Shown here: positions 22,044 to 33,704 of the stretch, piece by piece | How positions within the stretch are numbered: position 1 is the stretch's first letter | Layout: the number at the start of each line of letters is the position of its first letter | Assembly: GCA_032718475.1 (NCBI GenBank) | Contig: JAUCBJ010008272.1 | Location: 33,280 to 97,279, forward strand | From: Nemertoderma westbladi | Lineage: Eukaryota; Animalia; Xenacoelomorpha | Reading direction: 5' to 3' | DNA: 64,000 nt | The notes under the pieces: generated by a model | Database searches by the model: none | Told to the model about the DNA's origin: nothing | What the model saw: only the letters and a program-made list of their open reading frames with translations | Position numbers and translations under genes: made by a program

Positions 22044-23855
22044 TACTATACTATACTATACTATACTATACTATACTATACTATACTATACTATACTATA
22101 CTATACTATACTATACTATACTATACTATACTATACTATACTATACTATACTATACTATACTATACTATACTATACTATACTATACTATACTATACTATA
22201 CTATACTATACTATACTATACTATACTATACTATACTATACTATACTATACTATACTATACTATACTATACTATACTATACTATACTATACTATACTATA
22301 CTATACTATACTATACTATACTATATACTATACTATACTATACTATACTATACTATACTATACTATACTATACTATACTATACTAACTATACTATACTAT
22401 ACTATACTATACTATACTATACTATACTATACTATACTATACTATACTATACTATACTATACTATACTATACTATACTATACTATACTATACTATACTAT
22501 ACTATACTATACTATACTATACTATACTATACTATACTATACTATACTATACTATACTATACTATACTATACTATACTATACTATACTATACTATACTAT
22601 ACTACTACTATACTATACTATACTATACTATACTATACTATACTATACTATACTATACTATACTATACTATACTATACTATACTATACTATACTATACTA
22701 TACTATACTATACTATACTATACTATACTATACTATACTATACTATACTATACTATACTATACTATACTATACTATACTATACTATACTATACTATACTA
22801 TACTATACTATACTATACTATACTATACTATACTATACTATACTATACTATACTATACTATACTATACTATACTATACTATACTATACTATACTATACTA
22901 TACTATACTATACTATACTATACTATACTATACTATACTATACTATACTATACTATACTATACTATACTATACTATACTATACTATACTATACTATACTA
23001 TACTATACTATACTATACTATACTATACTATACTATACTATACTATACTATACTATACTATACTATACTATACTATACTATACTATACTATACTATACTA
23101 TACTATACTATACTATACTATACTATACTATACTATACTATACTATACTATACTATACTATACTATACTATACTATACTATACTATACTATACTATACTA
23201 TACTATACTATACTATACTATACTATACTATACTATACTATACTATACTATACTATACTATACTATACTATACTATACTATACTATACTATACTATACTA
23301 TACTATACTATACTATACTATACTATACTATACTATACTATACTATACTATACTATACTATACTATACTATACTATACTATACTATACTATACTATACTA
23401 TACTATACTATACTATACTATACTATACTATACTATACTATACTATACTATACTATACTATACTATACTATACTATACTATACTATACTATACTATACTA
23501 TACTATACTATACTATACTATACTATACTATACTATACTATACTATACTATACTATACTATACTATACTATACTATACTATACTATACTATACTATACTA
23601 TACTATACTATACTATACTATACTATACTATACTATACTATACTATACTATACTATACTATACTATACTATACTATACTATACTATACTATACTATACTA
23701 TACTATACTATACTATACTATACTATACTATACTATACTATACTATACTATACTATACTATACTATACTATACTATACTATACTATACTATACTATACTA
23801 TACTATACTATACTATACTATACTATACTATACTATACTATACTATACTATACTA
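22044..23855. repeat. (ATACT)n pentanucleotide microsatellite, ~1.8 kb
   Basis: Directly visible; only about three interruptions. Confidence 0.99.
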
Positions 23856-24705
23856 GAAACTAATAATTAAAGTGGAAACGGACAAATTTGTTATGGAAAA
23901 TTGGTTATTACTGTATATATTCTGGATAATAATTCATAAAGAGAATGTACTGTGGGGCGAGCCACGCAGTCAGGGCGAGCCTTAGCGCACAATTACAGTA
24001 TAAATAGTCTGCCTGTCTGTCTGTCTGAATTTTGTATGGGCGTACTAGAGAAAAAGTTTCAATATTTTGAAAGTTATGGGCAAATATACCTCTTGAACCT
24101 TTATCTCCAGATCAAATCGAACTTGTTTCGAACTTACTCAAGTTCGAGTGCTGCGCAACGCCCCACGAACGTGTATTTTATATTTACTTACGATAGCATA
24201 TAGATGTAATTTTCTTATTGTCACCTTTCCACATCTCGTTTAGTGGTTCACTAAACGAAATAAACTTCATTTAAACAATAATTGTGATTTATAATTATAA
24301 CTGCGCAATATATAGTTTATGTTTTACATATTTAAATAAGTAAGATAATAAGTAAGATAATAAGTAAGATACGTAGGGATCTATAGAACTGTAGATTCTA
24401 AAAAATACCCTAAATAACTCTATTTAATAATGCACCGATAATAACACTATTATTTTTCTAATACTAACATTATTTTATGTGTACAAATTTAAGACAACTC
24501 TGTCCTTTCAAATAACAACAGGTCATGACTACAACTGAAAAGTACGAAAACGTAAAGTACAGTATATACAGTGTATATCTTTATCTCTCGGCGGGATATA
24601 AATATCGTACTACTACTGTACAGTACATTAACATTACGGCTTACATGATTAGGCTACATTCGGTACGACTTGTGTTAATCCATTTAAATTGTTACACAAT
24701 TAACA

Positions 24706-27377
24706 ATAAACGGAACAGATGAAGTGGTAGGCATTCACTAGCGGTAACATAGTGAATGGATGATAGAAATAAACGAACGGATGAAGTGGTAGGCATTCAC
24801 CAGTGGTAACATAGTGAATGGATGATAGAAATAAACGAACGGATGAAGTGGTAGGCATTCACCAGCGGTAACATAGTGAATGGATGATAGAAATAAACGA
24901 ACGGATGAAGTGGTAGGCATTCACCAGCGGTAACATAGTGAATGGATGATAGAAATAAACGAACGGATGAAGTGGTAGGCATTCACCAGCGGTAACATAG
25001 TGTATGGATGATAGAAATAAACGAACGGATGAAGTGGTAGGCATTCACCAGTGGTAACATAGTGTATAGATGATAGAAATAAACGAACGGATGAAGTGGT
25101 AGGCATTCACCAGTGGTAACATAGTGTATGGATGATAGAAATAAACGAACGGATGAAGTGGTAGGCATTCACCAGTGGTAACATAGTGTATAGATGATAG
25201 AAATAAACGAACGGATGAAGTGGTAGGCATTCACCAGTGGTAACATAGTGTATAGATGATAGAAATAAACGAACGGATGAAGTGGTAGGCATTCACCAGT
25301 GGTAACATAGTGTATAGATGATAGAAATAAACGAACGGATGAAGTGGTAGGCATTCACCAGCGGTAACATAGTGTATAGATGATAGAAATAAACGAACGG
25401 ATGAAGTGGTAGGCATTCACCAGTGGTAACATAGTGTATAGATGATAGAAATAAACGAACGGATGAAGTGGTAGGCATTCACCAGTGGTAACATAGTGTA
25501 TAGATGATAGAAATAAACGAACGGATGAAGTGGTAGGCATTCACCAGTGGTAACATAGTGTATAGATGATAGAAATAAAAGAAAGGATGAAGTGGTAGAC
25601 ATTTACCAGCGGTAACATAGTGTATAGATGATAGAAATAAAAGAAAGGATGAAGTGGTAGACATTTACCAGTGGTAACATAGTGTATGGGTGATAGTAAT
25701 AAACGAACGGATGAAGTGGTAGGCATTCACCAGTGGTAACATAGTGTATAGATGATAGTAATAAACGAACGGATGAAGTGGTAGGCATTCACCAGTGGTA
25801 ACATAGTGTATAGATGATAGAAATAAACGAACGGATGAAGTGGTAGGCATTCACCAGTGGTAACATAGTGTATAGATGATAGAAATAAACGAACGGATGA
25901 AGTGGTAGGCATTCACCAGTGGTAACATAGTGTATAGATGATAGAAATAAACGAACGGATGAAGTGGTAGGCATTCACCAGTGGTAACATAGTGTATAGA
26001 TGATAGAAATAAACGAACGGATGAAGTGGTAGGCATTCACCAGTGGTAACATAGTGTATAGATGATAGAAATAAAAGAAAGGATGAAGTGGTAGACATTT
26101 ACCAGCGGTAACATAGTGTATAGATGATAGAAATAAAAGAAAGGATGAAGTGGTAGACATTTACCAGTGGTAACATAGTGTATGGGTGATAGTAATAAAC
26201 GAACGGATGAAGTGGTAGGCATTCACCAGCGGTAACATAGTGTATAGATGATAGAAATAAAAGAAAGGATGAAGTGGTAGGCATTTACCAGTGGTAACAT
26301 AGTGTATGGATGATAGAAATAAAAGAAAGGATGAAGTGGTAGACATTTACCAGTGGTAACATAGTGTATGGGTGATAGTAATAAACGAACGGATGAAGTG
26401 GTAGGCATTCACCAGCGGTAACATAGTGTATAGATGATAGAAATAAAAGAAAGGATGAAGTTGTAGGCATTTACCAGTGGTAACATAGTGTATGGGTGAT
26501 AGTAATAAACGAACGGATGAAGTGGTAGGCATTCACCAGCGGTAACATAGTGTATAGATGATAGAAATAAAAGAAAGGATGAAGTGGTAGGCATTTACCA
26601 GTGGTAACATAGTGTATGGATGATAGAAATAAACGAACGGATGAAGTGGCAGGCATTCACCAGCGGTAACATAGTGTATGGGTGATAGTAATAAACGAAC
26701 GGATGAAGTGGTAGGCATTCACCAACGGTAACATAGTGTATAGATGATAGAAATAAAAGAAAGGATGAAGTGGTAGGCATTTACCATTGGTAACATAGTG
26801 TATGGGTGATAGAAATAAACGAACGGATGAAGTGGTAGGCATTCACCAGTGGTAACATAGTGTACAGATGATAGAAATAAACGAACGGATGAAGTGGTAG
26901 GCATTCACCAGTGGTAACATAGTGTATGGATGATAGAAATAAACGAACGGATGAAGTGGTAGGCATTCACCAGTGGTAACATAGTGTATAGATGATATAA
27001 ATAAACGAACGGATGAAGTGGTAGGCATTCACCAGCGGTAACATAGTGTATGGATGATAGAAATAAACGAACGGATGAAGTGGTAGGCATTCACCAGTGG
27101 TAACATAGTGTATAGATGATAGAAATAAACGAACGGATGAAGTGGTAGGCATTCACCAGTGGTAACATAGTGTATAGATGATATAAATAAACGAACGGAT
27201 GAAGTGGTAGGCATTCACCAGTGGTAACATAGTGTATAGATGATAGAAATAAACGAACGGATGAAGTGGTAGGCATTCACCAGTGGTAACATAGTGAATG
27301 GATGATAGAAATAAACGAACGGATGAAGTGGTAGGCATTCACCAGTGGTAACATAGTGTATGGATGATAGAAATAAA
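24706..27377. repeat. 62-bp minisatellite, ~43 copies
   Basis: Unit ggatgaagtggtaggcattcaccagtggtaacatagtgtatagatgatagaaataaacgaac; ORF track recurs every 62 bp. Confidence 0.98.
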
Positions 27378-27796
27378 ATAGAGTAGGCCCTATTGAGGGT
27401 CTTTTGCTGGTTATAATAAATTAATTAAAGATACAATAAGTAAACGTTTTCGACCTACCGGTCTGCATCAGACTACTACAGTACTATAGCAACTAACAGG
27501 AGAAGTAGAGGGTCTATATAGATATATCATGTTTAAGGGGGGATACCTGATAAGTAAATCCAAGAAAAAGTAACGTGTTTATACATAGAAATGTATTGTA
27601 CAGTAGGCCTATAATTATGTTAGGTAAATTCCACAGGGTTATAATATGTATATATCTAAAGTACAAATACAGTATAAGGTTGAATTGGCAATACCTGATA
27701 AGGTAAATCCCATTTAAGGTAACGTGTTTATATAATGTACTGTATGGTATAATTATGTTAGAGACGGCGCCAAGACGCCGTTAAGCAAGTCGTAAG

Positions 27797-28741
27797 TGTT
27801 CGCGCTTTTAGACCTTTAACAGTTTAACCTGCTAATTTAAGTGTCTCCTTAAATCGACTATTGCCCTTGCTAATTGACATCAGTTGAAACCAGTCTATGC
27901 GCGGCGTATGACCCACAGTGTGGGAGACTTGATTCGGTTCTAGAGAAAGTTATTGCAGTAGGCTACTTTGTATTATTCGATTGCTAATCACAACTAGAGT
28001 CGATAAGGTATCGCAAATAGCGCATTCTTTAGGAATGCTTTATTAACCTTCACACTACTTCACACTAATTCACACTAATGCACACTGATTTGCCGACTGT
28101 CACTGATTTTGATCATACATAAGGAGGATTGCAACTGATATACGTAGGGATTATGAAATAGCATCTATTTCACACAAAAACCACTATAAATTGAGTCGCA
28201 ATTGCTACTGGTACACCCTTCTGCTTACCTCAGTAATTAAGAAAGTTGAGGGGTTTACGATTATTTATCAGTATTCTCCGAATATAACATCCATCAATAT
28301 AAGCAGCAATTAACAACAATATAAAACAGTATTAAAGCAGTGCGGTGAAAAGAGTCAGTAAGCAGTGTAGGTTTGTGCAGTGTTATGATGTGAAATAAGT
28401 TCATAGATTTGCGTTCTTATGACTCTAGCCTCTGATGTTTAGGGCAAAGTCTGAAACGTCAGAACTTCCGAATGAATCCTGAATGAAGTGGGATTCTAGG
28501 AAAAACTGCCGCATTACGCCATTCTCCGTAGGCCGCTATCAACAGGGCAGGGGAGATTGCTCTGATTGGCTGAAATATGTCAACAAGGGAACATTTCTCA
28601 CACAAAGAAACAGCTGGTAGATTTCGTCATTCCAACTCTCTGTCTTTCTTGACAGACACGTAGTTGCACAATTCTAAGCCCTTTTTAGAGTATTTAGCGC
28701 ATTGCGTAAAATGACTAGTTATGTCCGCAAAAGCTTTTACA
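27797..28741 (-). mobile_element. Solo LTR of the same BEL family with 5-bp TSD GTAAG
   Basis: TG...CA termini; GTAAG at 27792-27796 and 28742-28746; near-identical reverse complement of 32660-33704 apart from a ~95-bp deletion. Confidence 0.93.
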
Positions 28742-31244
28742 GTAAGTCATCGAATCTAATTTATTAAACAGTCATCTCATCATTAGCCGAGTTATACTTA
28801 ATGGTCAGTCATTTGTTATTAACTTGAAAGATTACCGCCTGACAATACTGTACATGTTAGCTGAATCCAGATGATTTACCCAGACTATACTAACGTACAG
28901 TATTAGGGCGAATAGGCCCTTCTTGATGTTAAGGTACATTGTCGCGCATCACGTGACATTAACTTAGTTAGTGTCAACTCGAAAGCAAAATGTAAGCACT
29001 AAGCAGATATCCCCTCTAATCGCTTTACCAACCTACTGTAGAGGTAGCCTGGGTAACTGCAGTCTATTTAAGACCTCACAAAAACTCAGTCTGAGGTCTA
29101 GAAAATACTGTATGTGCCCGGTATCAATCAGGAAGAAATAATTTTAAACAATAATACGAAATGCGCTGAGAGTTTTCATTTCAGACATTTCTAAAATGTT
29201 TTCATTTAAGCCCACTAGCGGTAGTCATAAGGAGTAGACAGACTCAGACACGTTGGGGCTATCTGATAACATACAGTATGTTCTCATACATTCCAATTGA
29301 TTGTGAACCGAGACTGCTAATTTGAAGCCCAAAGTTTACCTTGTTAAATATGAATATGAACTAGTTCGAAGTTATGCGGTATTAATATATAATTAAGTAA
29401 ACTAATTACCAATTGAGGAAAAAGTCAATTAAGGTAAATGTTCGGGGTCTAACCTGGCAGAAACAATAAATGTTGATGTTAGTGAACGTTTTTGCCCTTA
29501 CCGGGCTACTTCAGACTTTATTAAGATAAAAGTTAAAATATTGTAATAATAATTGCATCCCGCCACCAATTCAAAAATCCCTCTCTATTATATTACGAGG
29601 GTTCTATGTGATAATGTCCTATTAAAATGTTATTAAGGGGGGGGGGGGGGGGGGGGGGTCACATAATTTTGGTCCAAAATATGTCAAAATATTTCTATGA
29701 TCTATTATAATGCATGATTAAATGGTGTTTCCAAATCTGAAAACCGCTATTTAATAGCTCTTTTAGTTTTCTAGTTATAACAATTTCAATTTAGGGATTC
29801 CTATTGAAATTACTATTACTATGTTTAAGGAAAGGTCGATTATCTCCAAATATTTTTTTTATGAGATTGTCAACTTCAAAACCCCACTACTTCTACAATT
29901 TTTGAGCAATTAATTAGTCTGAAACTTTCTGTGGGTGTCTACATATCCACCCTGCATAAAAGTATCAGACAACTTTTCGAAATTTTTTGTTAATAAATTT
30001 AATACTATTTATAACAAACCTAAAAACTAGCTTAAATTTGCAGCGCCACCTAGCGGTGCAGAATTATTATCACAAAATGTCGCCTGATACAGTAGTTATG
30101 TTGCCCCATCTTTGATCCATCATATAAAAAAAACTTTCATGTGATTATATTCAAAACTGTAAAAGCCTTAGGGTTTTAAGCGCAACCAAGTTTTTTTATT
30201 CTTAACTAGTATTAACTAATATTAAATAGCGGAAAAAATAATTTCTGACCTATCGTGTAGAATAGCATCGTAGGCACCTATATTCCAAATTATAGCCAAA
30301 ACCAAACAATTTTGAAACGCTGAGAGTGATAAATCAAAGAGTTGTCCAAAAATGGTGTACCCCCACAAAACACAGGTTAGTAAAATACACATAGTTTATT
30401 TAAAGCTACCATTAGATATGAGTAAAATGTATTTTATTAAATTGGGTTGTTGTGACAAAAAGCGATAACGAAATCGTACTCTGGTTCATGTATACGTGTT
30501 TAGGGCAGGTACAGTATGATGTACAGTACACGAAGTGTTAAAAAAGGGGGTTTAAAATTGAAAAGATGATTGTTATGTTGTGTAACGAAGTGTTAAATAA
30601 TGGTTTAGAAATGACCAAGAAGTTACCATCCTGGGACTGGGTTATTGTACGACTTTGTTATTGCCTTTTGTCATAACACATTAACCCCAATATTATTCCA
30701 TTTTGTGTAGGCCTAATTAGCCAATTTTAATTAAAAATATGATACTGTAATTAATTAAAATAAAATTGGCTAATTAAAAATTCTATAAGATGACATTTTT
30801 GTAGAATCCGCTGAGCTGTAGAATCCGTAGAATCGATGAGTCCAAAAAAAGTTGGTTTCAAGAAATTTGGACCACGATTTAATTCCGCCGTCATCCGCTA
30901 GGGGGAGGCTATAAATTTTCCTATCGAGGCTATTTGGCCTTTCATACAGTCAGACAGTAGTTGACCATGACAAAACAGCAATATTATCATTTAACACTGA
31001 TTGACAGCCACAGTACAAGGGGGGTTATGGAATACCCTCCCCTTCATCCAAGGGCCACATGGAATAACCTCCCCTTCAGCCAAGGGTCACATACTCTATT
31101 ATATTTATAGGCCTAATGTTGGCCTACAGTAGGCCTATGATGTGAAATTCCGTGATTCAACGGCTGTGAAATTTCGCAATTTAAATTATATCGAGTGATA
31201 TCGATATCGCTATTTTTCCTCATTTTTCCATTTTATTTTTATAG

Positions 31245-31584
31245 ATTGTATCCCAAATGTACATAAGTTATTAAATGTAAGGGAAGCGAATTTGTTTCCG
31301 CTGCATTGCATTTGGCGCATCGCTACACTCCCACACCACCGTTTCCGCAGTCGCCACTGATACCGAATCAATCCGTCGACGAAACTTCAATAGTAAAGGC
31401 AAACAATGTCATAACTACTGTGGTTTCTATGGGGTTCCCCGAGGAGGTAGTTTCATCGCTATTCGCGAGAATGTGGCAGGGACCAGGGGACTCGTTACCA
31501 AGTGTTACAGAACTACTGGACATGGTGCTAGCAGTAAAGGCAGTCCTTCAGCCTTCAGACATCACAAGCACTGATCCCACGTCG
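31245..31584 (+). pseudogene. Pseudo-exon paralogous to IAP exon 2 (end of BIR3 and UBA), RING missing
   Basis: Aligns to 55195 onward (cccaaatgt..gttattaaatg; NVITTVVSMGFPEEVVS); keeps the polypyrimidine/AG acceptor; in-frame TAA; cut by a LINE at ~31585. Confidence 0.88.
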
Positions 31585-32645
31585 CATATCAGTATATGAT
31601 GGTTCGACACATTTGTGTCTACTGTTGACGGTGACACAGAACCATTTGAAGTGTTATGGGGCGTCCTCCAAGGAGACACACTTGCACCATTCTTGTTCAT
31701 TATTGTGGTTGACTATGTTCTACGCATGTCCTTAGATCATTATAATGATGATGGGGTGATGATAACTCCACCTACTGGCTCCAGAAGTCGAGGAAATCCT
31801 GCCAAGTACCTAACTGATCTAGACTTTGCTGATGACTTAGGAGTACTCTCAGAATCATTAGAGGGAGCCCAACGGCTCCTCAGCTCATTAGAACATGCTG
31901 CTTCTAGTGTTGGTCTTTTTATTAACTCCAGAAAGACCAAAATTCTGACAGTTAACTTTGAAAGTCCTCAGCAAGTCTGTGATCGGATGAGCATAAGCTC
32001 AAAGGATGGTATGCTTGAGCATGTGGACGACTTCTGTTACCTGGGATCATGGATCCGGAAGTCAGGTGAGGACCTTCGAATACGTAAGGGAAAGGCATTG
32101 GCAGCCTTGAATAGGCTTTCCAGGATTTGGAAGTCACCGAGAATTAATCGGAAACTTAAGGTCCGATTATTTAGAGCAGCAGTAGTTCCAGTACTCCTCT
32201 ACGGGAGTCCATGCTGGGCTCTAACTGCAGAGGACACCAAATCTCTGGATGGCACATTCACAAGAATGCTACGCCGGGTTCATTGTGTCAAGTACAATGC
32301 ACACATCTCCAACCAGACACTATATAACATTGGAGGTGTCTCATTGGTTCCCCCAAGCTTGACACTAGAACAAAATCGCCTCCGCTTTGCAGGACATTGC
32401 TTTCGCCGTGAGGACCAGCCAGTGCATAATCTTGTACTTTGGCAGCCTCATGGAGTGAATAAGCATGGTGGACAGCCCATGACTTTCTTGAGACGCATCT
32501 TAAAGGACACTGGCCTTAAAGATGCGGATGATCTAGCAAATGTCATGGGTGATAGGGAGTTGTGGCGGTGCAATTTTGTTGACAAGCCGGCACAGCATTC
32601 TTAAAAATGCAGCTGCAATGCAGCATGCCGATCCTAGTAGTAGTT
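31585..32645 (+). mobile_element. 5'-truncated RTE-like non-LTR retrotransposon (RT C-terminal half, ORF 31615-32604) with (TAG)n tail
   Basis: GVLQGDTLAPFLF, LDFADDL, FCYLGS; ends cctagtagtagtt. Confidence 0.88.
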
Positions 32646-32659
32646 ATACCCTGTGGTCA

Positions 32660-33704
32660 TGTAAAAGCTTTTGCGGACATAACTAGTCATTTTACGCAAT
32701 GCGCTAATTACTCTAAAAAGGGCTTAGAATTGTGCAACTACGTGTCTGTCAAGAAACACAGAGAGTTGGAATGACGAAATCTACCAACTGTTTCTTTGTG
32801 TGAGAAATGTTCCCTTGTTGACATATTTCAGCCAATCAGAGCGATCTCCCCTGCCCTGTTGATAGCGTCCTACGGAGAATGGCGTAATGCAGCAGTTTTT
32901 CCTAGAATCCTACTTCATTCAGGATTCATTCGGAAGTTCTGACGTTTCAGACTTTGCCCAAAACATCAGAGGCTAGAGTCATAAGAACGCAAATCTATTA
33001 ACATTACGTAACACTGCACGCCACTTCTTTCAACATACTGACTCTTTTCACCGCACTGCTTTAATACTGTTTTATATTGTTGTTAATTGCTGTTTATATT
33101 GATGGATGTTATATTCGGAGAATACTGATAAATAATCGTAAACCCCTCAACTTTCTTAATTACTGAGGTAAGCAGAAGGGTGTACCAGTAGCAATTGCGA
33201 CTCAAATTTATAGTGGTTTTTGTGTGAAATAAATGCTATTTCATAATCCCTACGTATGTCAGTTGCAATCCTCCTTATATATGATCAAATTCAGTGACAG
33301 TCGGCAAATCAGTGTGCATTAGTGTGAATTAGTGTGAATTCGTGTGAAGGTTAATAAAGCATTCCTAAAGAATGCGCCATTTGCGATACATTATAGCCTC
33401 TAGTTGTGATTAGTGTATGTCATAACTCTGTTTGATACTTAAAGCGCCACGTCCCAAAGGAACTGTTAATATTTCCCCGAAAGTAAATATAGTTGTTGGA
33501 GATTATATAGTAGCGATCAATCGAATAATACAAAGTAGCCTACTGCAATAACTTTCTCTAGAACCGAATCAAGTCTCCCACACTGTGGGTCATACACCGC
33601 GCATAGACTGGTTTCAACTGATGTCAATTAGCAAGGGCAATAGTCGATTCAAGGAGACACTTAAATTAGCAGGTTAAACTGTTAACTGTCTAAAAGCGCA
33701 AACA
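32660..33704 (+). repeat. 5' LTR of BEL copy 2
   Basis: TGTAAAAGCTTTTGCGGA...GCGCAAACA; CCAAT box near 32832; AATAAA near 33353. Confidence 0.9.

Noticed and set aside
21985-23870. 600-aa YYTIL-repeat ORFs
   Set aside because: Translation of the (ATACT)n microsatellite, which has no stops on this strand.
23950-24190. Possible Helentron/DINE-like element (gtct microsatellite, short inverted repeats); similar caga-rich duplicated blocks at 54470-54720
   Set aside because: Hallmarks too short and degenerate to support a call by eye.
24738-27338. Dozens of 61-aa ORFs and a CRISPR-like periodicity
   Set aside because: Pure 62-bp tandem repeat with no unique spacers and no cas genes; eukaryotic context.
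29630-30420. Possible MITE starting TTAAGGGG
   Set aside because: No convincing matching TIR or TSD found.
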